From Schmidtea polychroa (taxonomy: Eukaryota): 64,000 nt of DNA. The DNA lies in contig CM097885.1 in the NCBI GenBank assembly GCA_044892525.1, forward strand, positions 33,730,001 through 33,794,000. The letters run 5' to 3'. The position numbers were made by a program, and so were the translations under genes. Below are positions 43,138 to 57,578 of this stretch, one piece after another; positions within the stretch are counted from its first letter, which is position 1, and every line of letters begins with the position of its first letter. A model generated the notes under the pieces. It searched no databases. It was given only the letters and a program-made list of their open reading frames with translations, and was not told where the DNA came from.

Positions 43138-44132
43138 TTAACAGATATAACTAAGTAAATTGAACTCATTTAAAGCATGACGTTGATATCGTCCTATTCG
43201 TTCATTAGATCCCTTTTTTCTGTAACATGTTGGTCTTTCTTGGGAATTTGTCAAGAATCCTTGTATCATTGGCAATTCTTGTTCATCATCGGCGATTATT
43301 AATAGATTATATTTCCATTCAACTTCAAGAGAATGTGAAGATAATGTAACGAAATAGCCAATCAGTGAATATTTGAAATATCCAGCGGGATCATAAATCG
43401 TCAGTAATTTAGTTAAATCTTATGAGAATTTTTCATTCGAACATGAAGCATTGAGAGATAGAAACTATATTTTTGTGTGATTCAATTTAGGAATGAGTTT
43501 AGGTCCATCGTTTTTAGACACGAGTTTTGGGCAGTTTCCGTTAATATATCTTGCAATTGTTGATGCCTGTTCTACATTTACATATTTTGAAATTTTGAAT
43601 ATAGATTCACCGCATAGATATATCGATTTACGGAGTTGAGATTTTGAACTTTCTTAAAGTTCATCATAACATTTATGTGAAGAGAATTCTTCAATGAGAA
43701 ATAAGAAACGAATGCTGTCACGGTTACGAGATGTTAGAAATAATAATTTATATTCGAAACTTTAGCTGAAATTATCTGATGTAAATTCCTCTTCTTCATT
43801 CTCTATCAAATGATATTTCAATTGAAATGCAATAGATTTAAGAACGCATTTATCATCCGTTTGTAAAGGTCCATTTAAATTAAATTGATAGATGTTAGCA
43901 CGAAACTTTTCATCATTTTTCAAATCTTTTAACAAACCTTTAATTAAAAGAGTTTTCTCACAACCTCTTTTACCAATAATCATCATTGAAATACTTTCAC
44001 CGTGTAAATAAGCATTTATGATACTGTGGATAATTCTACTTTTATAATTTTCATATCCAAAGAAATCATGATTTGAGGTATAGATCCTACTACGCAAGGA
44101 TTTACAATTTTGTACATGAAATTTGAATTCAT
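43138..44132 (-). pseudogene. ORC4: Intronless ORC4 (origin recognition complex subunit 4) pseudogene inside a TRPC intron
   Basis: LHGESISMMIIGKRGCEKT...NLNGPLQTDDKCVLKSIAFQL matches ORC4 LHGESNSVLIIGPRGSGKT...HLNGLLQ; the same frame continues through a Walker B-like FLIEEF to DEQELPMIQGF with four premature stops; ATG at 44132 is out of frame; Walker A G>E. Confidence 0.85.
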
Positions 44133-44830
44133 ATTTTAAAATATCGAAACTAATTCAATAAATTTTGAAAGCAAATAACTTTTATTATAATTACGAAATA
44201 AAATTTAGTTTATTCACCAAAATCAGGAATATTTAAACAATTCTTCCGAAGTCAATATTTAAACAATTTTCACAAAATTCATTAAATTTTCAACATAAAT
44301 ATAAACGACAGCAATCATCATTAGTGGAAACCAAATTAAATTAAATTTTTAGGTTCCATTGTTATCACCACAACAAATGGAAACCAGAGGGTGCAAACTG
44401 CTCAATCATCCAAAACAAAGCGGATTAGTTGCAATTATCATTTATGAATAACTGGTATAGTCATAAAATTCTATTCTAAAATAAAACTTTGAACTTCCCG
44501 ATGTTTTAAGTATATATTTATGAATATACTTTAGCATTACTACAATTTTTCACATTCATTATATGACTAGAAGAAAAGAAATAATTATTGAGCATTATTG
44601 TTTCAATATTATTAATTTTTACAGAATTTCAGCAGAAAAATAATTTATTTTTTAATAACTTAAATATCGATAACTCAAGAGAGTTAGGGTTCTGAAATAA
44701 AAAGTAATAATACTGAAATTGCCAATTAAAAAATAAATATTAATTTTACCGTGTAGGTTTGATTAGTTTTAATGATATAAAATATGATAAATACCAAGGA
44801 CTCAATAATCCAATATCTATTTCAATTTAC

Positions 44831-44877
<47 letters not shown>

Positions 44878-45872
44878 AACTTTAAGCTAGTGGCATATTT
44901 TTTTTCTTAAAAATCTAATTGAAAGAAATGTCTAGATTAAAAAAAATAATTTATTTCAATTTATAAGTTCGTTAATTACAATGTTTTTTGTAGGATTATT
45001 AAATATTCCCTGGTAAAACCTATTTTTACCGCTGGCTCGTTAGTTTCTGTTCTCTTTTTATATATCTCTAATGTTGAAGTTATAGCTATTGATAAAATGA
45101 ATTAATCTTTTTACTTCGCAAAAAATCGTATTAAACAAAATATTTATTTTTTCTCTAATTTAATCTACAAAATCTTAACAATTATAATTTTTCTTTATAC
45201 TAATTTATTTTAATTGGTAAAACAAAAGTCTTCTAAATTTTTATGGATTCATATTACTATTAATTTTGAATATTAAAACAAATAATAACCTCAATAATAT
45301 TATATACCTATTGCCGGCCAAGGAATATTACATTTAAAACAATTTGCATTAAAAAACTTAAAACAACATAATTACTTAATTAGTATTTTTATTTTCACTT
45401 ATTATCTGTATTATTTTCAGTATAAAATGTGATGTTATATTCGATGCAATTTACAATGGTAAATTAATCAATTCTCATAGAAACTCGTTTTCATCCGATT
45501 TCACCCTCGATTTCACAAGGCTATGTCCAACCCACTAAAGAAATTAATAAATATATTTTTCCACATTTGTTGCATTTTCAATTCTTGTACATCTTTTATG
45601 CTGTTAGTTAATATTTAAATAAATAAAAATCTTTTGAACGGAGTTCGGTGGTTGGTAACCTTTAATCTGATGTTTTAGGTTTTCATTGTTTTATTTCAGT
45701 TTAGTATCTTCAGTTTAGAAAAAGGAACATCAATGCATATGCTCCTTTTGCATTTAGTCCACAATACAAAGTTGGAAGGTCCATACACAGTATATATGGA
45801 TGTATGAGAATGACGACAATATGTTTCTAAGAAAAATCTTTGTCATGCATGCTGTACTTGTACATTGAGGCT

Positions 45873-46058
<186 letters not shown>

Positions 46059-46164
46059 GAGTATTAAAACAATATTAACAATATTAACAGAAATAATTTT
46101 TTAGATATTTTCTAACTTATATTAATATTTTAATTTTATAACTACATTAAATTTAATTGACTAG

Positions 46165-46393
46165 GTTGGATTGTTTTTACAATGTCCCGTCATCAAATTC
46201 GTTGGACAAATGTATTCTTATTTTTTGTTTTTATTCATGATCACAGTGGCCACATTTCGACTTGACATCGAATTCCAAACATCAGACACGGATACATGGA
46301 CTGAAAAAGCAAATACAATCTTTAAATATGATTTCCGGACGAATACACGAATTATTTCACCAATTCAAGTTGCTCTTATTTTTTGGATATTTG
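46165..46393 (+). CDS. TRPC: TRPC-family channel, exon D (S1 to start of S2)
   Basis: ctag|VGLFLQCPVIKFVGQMYSYFLFLFMI...ALIFWIFG|gtaaat; phase 0/1. Confidence 0.92.
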
Positions 46394-46494
46394 GTAAATT
46401 TTTCAATTATATTACTTTTTAATATATTTAATATATATTACATTTAAATATAATTTTCAGCATCATTGAATCAGTATATATATATATATATTAA

Positions 46495-46680
46495 AAAGTG
46501 AGCTTGAAGACTATAAATCAGTAATATATCGATGATTTTTGATACTCACGAATTTTCGGCACTGCCATTTTCAAGTGAAAAAACATCGATATATTACTGA
46601 TTTATAGTCTTCAAGCTCTTTTTAATAAATTCAATGGAAAAAAAATCAGTAGTGAAATTGGTATAAAAAAGTTCTTATAA
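46495..46680. mobile_element. Family 2 repeat, inverted (foldback) pair between TA tracts
   Basis: gagcttgaagactataaatcagtaatatatcgatg is inverted around the hammerhead-like core; AATAAA in the + arm. Confidence 0.7.
46546..46578 (-). ncRNA. Variant minimal hammerhead (U3-A8 core)
   Basis: UCAC UUGAAAA U GGC-AGU-GCC GAAA AU UC/ GUGA; stems I and II pair; AAUU palindromic stem III. Confidence 0.6.
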
Positions 46681-49452
46681 TATATATATATATAAAAACA
46701 TAAAATGCAAGAGGCTGAAAGTTTTGCGCTTAATGATTTGTCAAACAATTCCATTTTCAATATTTAACTATCGACTTCCAATTATATTTCTTGTTCAATA
46801 TGATCATTTGCAGAACCAAGAAAATCAATCCTAAATATTGGTTCCAAGCTGATCAGTGGTGAACTGATGCCATCTTTGAAAACTGTTATGATAAAAATAT
46901 ATTGTATGAGGATTCAATTTATGACTTATTTGGAACTTCACTATATACCCAATATTACTAAGTAATTATTATATGTTGGATGTTAGAATGAATGTGTTTG
47001 CTGAAAACAACCTCTTTCAATTTTTATATTAAATTTTGCAATTTAACAAACATTTTTCATGTAAATATTAATTAATTGAAATTTAAAAAGATATTCTGAT
47101 GTGATTTGCGTAGTCTTTTTCAAGTTAATTACATATATAATATTTTATAATATTTAAAATTTATATTTAATGGACTGATGATTTATCTATATCTTGCCCT
47201 ATTTAGTTTGCAGATTCTGCTTAAGTTAAACTAAATCAAAGAAGACATATTCCGGGATAAACACTTCCGGCAAAATCAAATGCGAAATTATTTACCTTCT
47301 AAATTTCTATAAGGAAAAATAAAAATTCCTCCATAACAAATATAAACTAGTTAATAACTAAATTAATAAAAATATTCGTAGAATAATGAAATAATTTAAA
47401 TTTATGCATTCTAAAACTTCAGAAAATTATATATTAAACAATAAATTAATTAAATTAAAAATAAATCAAATAAAATATTACATATATATAATTAATTTCA
47501 TTTATAATAACAAATATTTGAAAATCAATTATAAAATAGTTCCTGATGACAGTTTTATGAAAACATAAATTCCGAAATCTTTACTATTTTAAACAAATTA
47601 TATTTATAAATTTATTTTGTTTACAATTCACTGACCAAAACCAATTTTTGATTTATTGTATTAATTCGTAATAGTTATTTAATGTCTGATTTACAAGCAA
47701 GATTAAGCAGCTTTTGTATTTACAGGAGTGATTTAAAAATAAAGTTAAAATATAATGAAAAATATTTTTTCTAATTTCAATTTTTCAAGTAATTGATAGT
47801 TTTGATAACTTTAAAATACTTTTCGGTATTCATTTCTGTATTTGTTTATTAGAAATACATAAGTAATGAAGAGTTATTACCATTTAGAATTTAAATATAA
47901 AGAGACAAAAGGTAACATTCTTTTGATTTTAGGACGATGATATTAAAACAACTTAATCATAACATTTTTATTACATTTAGTTGATCACATTTGCTAAACC
48001 ACAATGAATATTTAACCAATAATAGAAAAAACTATAAAATCCCCTGAAATGTATCTATAAGTTAAAAATATTTATGTTGAGGACTCAATATTATTTTGAT
48101 TGCTCAACCTTCACTAGTGGTTCCTATATAAATTACTGACAACAAATCTGTTTAAAATATTTATTCAATATCAAAAATTACCAAATAACAATCAATTCTT
48201 TCAGTTCAATAACTTGATCGATAATATTTCAAGAAATTTGAAAATATGTGCCTGTTATGTCGTTCTTATTTGTTGTGAATATATGCTATATTATTCGTGC
48301 TTAAACTTTGTGTAGAACGTTTTGTCTGTTCTATTTTATTATGACCTTTTTCAGCTAATCTTAGATAGGTTTTATTAAATTTTATTTTTTTAATAAGAAA
48401 GCTAATTAAAAGATCTTTAAATATTTCATTCTTTAATGATAAAAAATGACATTTTTGTTGCTTGCACATTTTTCTTGTTTTGTTTCTTCTTTTCATTGGT
48501 GTTTTTATATGCAACAAATAACATAGGATATATAATTTAAAAGTAAAACAATTGAATAAACGGCAGCAATGTGAAAAAGACAGTTGTATACTGAGATAAC
48601 TTTTTAGAATTCTGAATTTTAACACTTATTATTATTAAAAAAAATTTAGATTTTATATTTTTTAAATTAAGGAAATGTTTATGTAAAGTGATTGGAGGAT
48701 AAATCAATTTTAAATATTTCTGAAATTTTTGAATTACCCATATTATGGGTACTAAGTACGAAGTGCTTAAGTTTTAACCGCGCTACTGTCTCTAATATCT
48801 ACAATTTTATCAAAGTTTTCTTACATCTTGTTCAAACGTTAATTTTCTTTTGAATCACTAATTAACGGTACGTTGAAATAATAAAGAAACCCAATGAATG
48901 TAATCATCACAAAATGACATATATAAATGAACAAATTTGAGTTCGTTCATGCATTGGTGATTATTATAATTTTATTTGTAAACAGAAATATTAAGTAAAA
49001 AAGATTTAAATAAACAAAATCTAAAACTTCAATTTGGTTATTTATTTAAAATCAATTTAATTGACGAATATTTTAATAGAAATTAATTAATATTTATGAG
49101 TCGAGTTAATCTATTTTTGTTAAAGATGTTAATTTCCTCACAGTATTGAATAAATAATTTTAATTATCCAAACAAAACAAATGACTGCCATAAATTATAA
49201 AAAAGTAATATAAATCAAATTATAATCAGAAAACCTTTAGTAAAATAGATAAATTAATTCATTTTTAAAAATAAAATTTTTCTTTCTTATTTTCTTTTAT
49301 CCAAAATATAACTTATGCATATCCTTTTTTGAGGTATTAATATTCAATACAGGTCAATTTTATTTACAAACTGTTAAAAAATACATGTCAAACATCTATA
49401 AATCTTTTGGGTAAAAAACAATGTCTTGTAGTAATAATTAAAAGAAATAAAA

Positions 49453-50052
49453 TGTTGAGGTCTGTAAATTAAAATGAAATTTAGGTTAATAAGTGAAGAG
49501 AAAAGACAAATAAAAGCGGGATCATGCACAGAATTGATAGTAAAGGAAAGTGTGATGGAAGCAGTATTAGAAAATGCCAAAAGCTATTACGAAAGGCAAG
49601 AATTCGGAAATCCGAGAAAAATCAATAAATTGAAAAATCATCGAAATCGAATTGGGAAAACGGGACAGGTATAGATTAGCTAATGGTCAACAAGATGATG
49701 GTTAGGGATTTATCAGAAAATCGTTAGGAATGGTCGAAAAGCATTCAAATGTGTAAAAACAGAAAACGTTAATTAATTAATTAATTGGTTAATAGAAAAC
49801 CCGAGCTAATGGGAAACCCGAGCCAATGGAGAACCCGAGAGATGAAGGAAACTCGAGCTGGGTAAACAAGAAGAAAAGTAAACAGAAGGAAGATTTGGGC
49901 CCATTAGCTTGACACAATGATTAATTGGAAAAGAGCAAGTAGAAGATAGTGCGTATAGAAAGGCCGGAAGGGCCATTAAATATCTTGGTTCGTTGGACCA
50001 TTAGCAGATACGTGGAAGCAAATGTCAAGTGAAGGATTGGCTCGGCAATAAC

Positions 50053-50056
<4 letters not shown>
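49453..50056 (+). mobile_element. Truncated LTR, inverted relative to 10038-10701
   Basis: Begins TGTTGAGGTCTGTAAATTAAAAT; colinear reverse complement of the 9619-10701 LTR; ends at an (ATT)n tract and a family 3 element. Confidence 0.85.
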
Positions 50057-50084
<28 letters not shown>

Positions 50085-50085
<1 letters not shown>

Positions 50086-50294
50086 AAACAATAAAGTGAT
50101 AATTTAAGCCTTTTGCTGCAAATAATGTATTTAATGAAAAAATTTTCGACTATAAGATAGTCCTTGAGATTGACAAGGACTAACTTATAGTCGGAAATAT
50201 TTTCATTAAATACATTATTTGCAGTGAAAGGCTTAAATTATCACTTTATTGTTTTAAATAATAAATGCTGATACCAAGAAATCATCACTTTATA
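50085..50294. mobile_element. Family 3 head-to-head palindromic hammerhead-variant element in (TTA)n
   Basis: About 80-bp arms around GAGATTGACAAGGACT; homologous to 51675-51795, 55840-56052, 34931-35015 and 22845-22904. Confidence 0.75.
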
Positions 50295-50295
50295 A

Positions 50296-50362
<67 letters not shown>

Positions 50363-50417
50363 ATCTTATTATTATTATTATTATATTTATTATTATTAAT
50401 GAAAATTATTTTTTCAG

Positions 50418-50708
50418 GGCAAATAGTTATGGAATGCTGGCAGGTATTTACTCATGGGCTCAAAAGATATTCTCAAAGTTTTTATAATATTGCTGATACC
50501 TTTTCTTTGGGGCTTTATTTGGCTTCATATGCTTTACGTTGCATAGTCGATTATAAAATTAACGCAGCAGACGCGTTTTATTCAGCAGAACTGAAAATCG
50601 CAAAATCTATGATTTTTAATGAAACACAATTTTCTGCTGGTTCTAAAGAATATTTTGAATTTAGAAATAATCTTCTCAAGTCGGAAAATACTTATTGGCT
50701 GAGAGGAT
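50418..50708 (+). CDS. TRPC: TRPC-family channel, exon E (S2-S3 and long S3-S4 loop)
   Basis: ttttcag|GQIVMECWQVFTHGLKRYSQSFYNIADTFSLGLYLASYALR...YWLRG|gtaagt; phase 1/1. Confidence 0.92.
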
Positions 50709-51174
50709 GTAAGTTATTATCTAATTTTATCTTTAAATTTATAAAGATTTGCATATAATCATAATAATTTATTTAAATTTTCATATTAAAATGAAATTTA
50801 TCATTATCTGTGCTACCACAATTTACAAAAAAGCGAAAATACGAAAATAAACGAAAGCTTTTAACAAATTTTGTTTTAAATGATTAACAATAAGATTAAT
50901 ATAATAAAATTAGTAACTTTATAATCATTTTATCATTATAATAGTGTGATAATCTTTTTATGTTTTCAAAATTCTAAAAAATCAGAGCCGAAAATTTGTG
51001 TTAAGTAGAAAACATTAACAGAACTAAATTAAAAAACCTAAATGTAGATAAATGAAATAATAAATAAAAACAAATCAAATATGAAAAAGATAAAGGTTAT
51101 TTGATAAATTATTTCATTTTTAATAAACCAATAAAAAAGTTAATACAAATATCTTTTATTATTTAACTTTGAAG

Positions 51175-51359
51175 GTCGTCTATGGTGGTCACCTTATGAT
51201 CCCGAATTCGTGTCTGACTGTCTATTTGCTGTTGCAAATGTTATGTCATTCTCTCGAGTTACATATCTTATGCCAGCATGGGAAGTTTTGGGTCCACTTC
51301 AAATTTCATTAGCTCGAATGGTTTCTGACATTATTAGATTCATGGCACTTTTCAGTTTG
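51175..51359 (+). CDS. TRPC: TRPC-family channel, exon F (S4, S4-S5 linker)
   Basis: gaag|CRLWWSPYDPEFVSDCLFAVANVMSFSRVTYLMPAWEVLGPLQISLARMVSDIIRFMALFSL|gttagt; hallmark LGPLQISLxRM; phase 1/0. Confidence 0.95.
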
Positions 51360-51674
51360 GTTAGTTCAATCCTTTTTTAAATTTTAATAATAAAAAATAA
51401 TAATAATTATTTGAATATTTTACAAAATGTCATTTTAGTATTTTTTGACAATTTGTCAATGATGTTCCCAAATTGTAAAGATGAGTTGAAATGGTGGGTT
51501 GTAGATTAATTGGAGACATAATGGTCCGTCTCAAAGGTTGTCGAGGGCGTTTGCGGTTAAATGATTATAATTATATAATTTGAAAAATATTTGAAAAGAA
51601 AGATGAAAAAACTAATGATCTAATAAGAATTTTTTATCTAAGCGAACAAGACCTAATAATAATAATAATAATAA

Positions 51675-51794
51675 TATAAAGTGATGATTTCTTATTATTT
51701 ATTATTTAAAACAAAAAAGTGATAATTTAAGCCTTTTGTTACAAATAATGTATTTAATGAAAAACTTTCGACTATAAGATAGTCCTTGTCAATC

Positions 51795-51795
<1 letters not shown>
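51675..51795 (-). repeat. Family 3 single arm in (TAA)n
   Basis: Minus strand AGA TTGACAA G GACTAT CTT ATAGTC GAAA followed by the family tail. Confidence 0.7.
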
Positions 51796-51884
<89 letters not shown>

Positions 51885-51906
51885 TAATAATAATAATAAT
51901 AATAAT

Positions 51907-52160
51907 AATGGATTAAAATATATTTTTACGGATGTCTAACAATAAAATAAGATAAACATTACAAGCTCTGTGATACCCAGTGCAAATCCCAATAGTAGAC
52001 TAGTTTCGAGCTTTTGGCTCTCATCAGTACTATGCAGGAGACGCGAAGATTTCTCTTCGCGCCAAGTAAGTATACAATATTGCTGATTCAACTCTATTGC
52101 ATACTTTACCAGTAACACTGGAAATCACATCACTTGCAAATTCGCTAAATCACAGAAAAA
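51907..52160 (-). mobile_element. Retrozyme-like family 1, copy 3 (partial)
   Basis: Colinear with copies 1 and 2; follows (TAA)n. Confidence 0.78.
51992..52033 (-). ncRNA. Minimal type I hammerhead ribozyme
   Basis: AUAGUA CUGAUGA GAGC-CAAAA-GCUC GAAA CUAG UC/ UACUAU; differs from the 37467 copy only in loop II. Confidence 0.88.
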
Positions 52161-52909
52161 GATATCTTTATTAAAATTATTAAAATTATTATTGTTGTTA
52201 TTGTTATGTACACACAAGCACATCTTTTGTCTCAATACAGATTTTACTGGTGGCTCGGCTGAGCTCAACAATTTCTCATCGACACAGCACAATTCAATAT
52301 AATTAATATTTATTTATATAACAACATAAATACTTTAACAGTCTTGGTAAGAATTATTATAAATTGCTGATCAAAAGTATGTACGTAAAATCGTTGAAAA
52401 CCTAAAGAAAAAACCAATTATGTATTATGTTTGAATGAAATTTATAATATATTAGTTAGTAATATATTTATACTTGTCAATGTTACCAAAAATATAGCTA
52501 ATGTTATATAAAGTATACTAATAATTATAAAATATTGCGAAATAGTTTATTTAAATATATTTCGAAATCCTGCCAAGTTAACCTCTTCAAAAGTTTCTAC
52601 AAATAAAATTGTCAAAATATTTTTTTAAAATTCTGCCAAATTTTATTAAATTAATTTAAAATTACCGAAACTTTAGTCAGCCACATGTTAAAATTAATTG
52701 GTCGGTTAAATATTTTTTAAAGAGATGAGGGATAGATATGACATACTATAATATAAAAATATAAAAGAAAGTAAACATATTAAAGGTGATCTAAATTTAA
52801 AGATTTAACTGTTAGATTCCAATTTGTTTTGGCAAAATTATAGAATTTAAATACTTCAAAATTAATTTCATTTTTTACTTGAGGTTTTATTTGAAGTCTT
52901 ATTTTTTAG

Positions 52910-53043
52910 ATTGTCGTTGCGTTTGTGGTCGGCATGACAAATTTATATTGGTATTTTGCGAAGATAATCGTAAACGTAAATCAGTTGTCGAATTCTCCAG
53001 AATTTTCGTTGACATTAGACAGTGCCATTCCAGCTTTCCAAAG
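52910..53043 (+). CDS. TRPC: TRPC-family channel, exon G (S5 and turret)
   Basis: tttttag|IVVAFVVGMTNLYWYFAKIIVNVNQLSNSPEFSLTLDSAIPAFQ(S)|gtttta; phase 0/2. Confidence 0.9.
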
Positions 53044-53098
53044 GTTTTAATTATAGTGTGAATAATATATTTTTTTATTAAAATGTCATTGATTTCAA

Positions 53099-54190
<1,092 letters not shown>

Positions 54191-54278
54191 TAAACGCATT
54201 TTTTAAAAGGCGTTATTAATAAAAATTTATTTATTCTATTAATTTATTATAATATTAAATAAACAAAAAATAAAATAA

Positions 54279-54343
<65 letters not shown>

Positions 54344-55687
54344 CTTTATTATTAAATATTTTATATAACTTATTATCCATAATTTTATAACATTAATTGC
54401 TACGTTTGATTTTCAATTTGCTGAAATCCAATAAAACTAGGAATTATCTCTAAAATTAAAATTTAAACAAATAAACAAAAGTATCAGTCACACAAAAAAA
54501 CGAAAGTAAACAAAATCACTTGTACAGATTCATTGGATATTCTTATCTGAAATTTTGTTCTAACTTTTTGATAGAAATAGTTTCATATTATTTTCAATTT
54601 GAAATATTTCTGTTTTCTCATTAACAAAATATCCTATGTAAAAAAATTTGATTTCCAATTAATGCCTGTAACCTAAAAAATCGTAAATATATTTTTTTCA
54701 ATTTTGTTTATTAAGACTAATTATTTTTGATTATAATAAAATTGCAAATAATATAAAACAATAATAATATTAATCAAATTAATAACAAGATACACCTTAG
54801 GTGCAACATTTATTAAGTTATACTTCTATTATAAAATAGTTTGGGAAATATTTGGGATGCTCTTCTATTGATATTCTTTTTTATTTTGTACGATATTTAC
54901 ATTCTGTAAATATGAAAGTACCAATCTTTAGGTCTTTGTTTGTCGGTCAATGTACTAACAAAATAAATTTGGAAATAACAAGCAATATTCTACAAATTCT
55001 TCCTCGATACATATATCACAATATTGAATAGGAATTACAAGAATAAAATATTTTTTATCTAAACTCACTGATTTCCCAATTAAATATTTACACATTAATT
55101 GTTAGACTGTGTGGAGTATTAATTGTAGTCATTTAAATTAATTAAAGATTCGAAATTCACAATATTCAAACAAAATGATTATTATAAGCGTACAATATCT
55201 AGAGCAAGAAAACATCATTCAACAATCATTCTATTAATTTAAATTATATAATTATATTATAATTATACTTACATTTAAATTAATAATATAATATTTACAA
55301 TTATTATTAACATACCATACTTATGAAATTCTAAATTAATACAACTTAAAAGATACCGTAATCAACGGTCTACAAAGATCTTTAACAAAGCCAGGTAAAA
55401 AAAAGAAAATTATCAAAAAATATTATTAAAAATTAAAATAAATGACAAAAAAGAAATTTCAGACTTACAGAGGAAATTTCCATGATAAAATAACTCTTCA
55501 AAAGCAGAAAATTCAATCTTCAACATAACATTTTGTTAAATCTTTTGGAATATTTTAATTTCTTTATGGAATGTAATAATTTACTGCAAATTATATTCAT
55601 AGATAATTTTTTAGAATAAAATAATCATCTGCTGAATCATATTTATTGAAGTAATCTTTCCAAATTAATGTATTTTTCCTTTTATTG

Positions 55688-55826
<139 letters not shown>

Positions 55827-55839
55827 TAATAATAATAAG

Positions 55840-56050
55840 TATAAAATGATGATTTTTTGGTAGCAGCATTTATTCTAAAACAATAAAATGATAATTTAAG
55901 CCTTTTGCTGCAAATAATGTATTTAATGAAAGAATTTTCGACTATAAGATAGTCCTTGTCAGGAGATTGACAAGGACTATCTTATAGTCAAAAATTCTTT
56001 CATTAAATACATTATTTGCAGCAAAAGGCTTAAATTATCATTTTATTGTT

Positions 56051-56052
<2 letters not shown>
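55840..56052. mobile_element. Family 3 head-to-head palindromic hammerhead-variant element in (TAA)n
   Basis: Near-perfect arms of about 85 bp (55877-55961 / 55968-56052) with the junction at the hammerhead 5' boundary. Confidence 0.8.
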
Positions 56053-56107
<55 letters not shown>

Positions 56108-56851
56108 TATTATAAAATATTATGATTATAACAGAAAAATTTCAAAATATATCGTAAAACGAATGTACAAATGGTGCTTTCTTATAATTAAATCTTTGCA
56201 ATGTATGTTTAATTATTTGTTCAAAAAATAAATATTAATAGAAAAATGATAAATTGACCTTTACGAAAAGAGTCTATAGTATAGGCTATTTTGTAATTAG
56301 GGTGATTGATAATTATATTTCTAATGAAAAATATAAATAAATGAATTGCACAAATTTATTTATGTTATATAGAAACAGTAACTGGATTAAGTCAATCTGA
56401 CGATGTTGTTGATAGTGAGTTGCGGCATATTGAAATGTTGACATTTACATATGTTTCAAATATGGGCGTCTAACTTTACAATTGAGATTTAAATAAATAT
56501 TTTTTCAATTGATAAAATTTCATATGAATTGCGCTCTATTTCAATGCTCACTGGAAATATTTATATCAAATGATAATTTGAGTTCGTTATAAATTTATTA
56601 TATCCGAGGCTATTGTTTTGTTACAATAAAAAGTTCAGTCAAGCATTACATTATCAATTGTCAATAAAGTTATGTAATTTCAAATTCAATTTCGTTTCAA
56701 ACCGACTTTTTCATTGAAATGTTTATTAGTAAAAATTACAAAATAAATTTAAAAGACAATTTTATTTCTAAAAAAAATATAAGTTTCCTTAATTGTTAAT
56801 TATTTTTTAAAATAAAAACAAACATTTATTTAAAAAATAATAAATAAAAGT

Positions 56852-56993
56852 CAATTGAAAAAGGCAGTGCCGATAATTTGTGAATATAAAAAAAAACCGA
56901 TATATTTACTGATTTATAGTCAAGCATTTTTTTAATAAATACAATGTCAATTGAAAAGAAAGCAGTGGTAAAATTTGAAAATAGTTCTCATAA
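56852..56993 (+). repeat. Family 2 repeat, degenerate sense copy
   Basis: tcaattgaaaaaggcagtgccgataatttgtgaa...gatttatagtcaagc...aataaa; tail matches 46620-46680. Confidence 0.6.
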
Positions 56994-57119
56994 TAATAAT
57001 AATATTAATAATAACAATAATTTTATTAGTAAAAATTACAAATTTCCTTAACGTAGACTTAACTTTTTGAGGAAAACAAACATTTTTAATTTTCTTTTAA
57101 TAATAATAATATATAATAA

Positions 57120-57578
57120 ACGTGAATATCAAGATCAACTAAAGGGTTTGTATGTGGATTACGAGATGCGATTTCAAGATCTTACAGAGTTTAAAACACT
57201 TTATTTTGGTACCATTTGCAATCTTTAATGAGGATGAGGAGATAGATTTTGTAATGCATGAAGAACTTCTTTAAATGAAGGCTGATTTACAAGTAAGTTC
57301 TTCACATGTCTTTGGTCAAACTAACAAATTATTATTAACTACCCAACAGTTTTCAAATGTGAGAAACCGTTACTGTTAAGTTAGTCGACCCCGTATATAG
57401 TAGGATCTGGATTTAGTAAAATTCTTAGTATTTTAATAAAAAAAAAGAAATCGATGTGATATAGAAATAAATGGAAATGTAAGACTAAAGTGCCTAGCTA
57501 CGATCCTGGTCTCAATAAATACATCTTGTTTACATATTTTTTATTATGTGTGGGGAGTTACTATTTTATGAACCACTG
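57120..57578 (+). mobile_element. hAT (Charlie-like) 3' remnant
   Basis: Decayed C-terminal motif TPYIVGSGFSKILSILIKK...RCDIEINGNVRLK and terminal GAACCACTG. Confidence 0.55.

Noticed and set aside
48075..48144. Short TGTTGAGG...CAACA segment as a mini-LTR
   Set aside because: No TSD and no internal similarity to the LTRs in the window.
51310..51320. Gly to Ala change in the S4-S5 linker (ISLARM) as a constitutive-activation mimic
   Set aside because: Counting on TRPC5 as I recall it, the known gating glycine G504 is the G of LGPLQ, which is conserved here. The altered residue is a different glycine.
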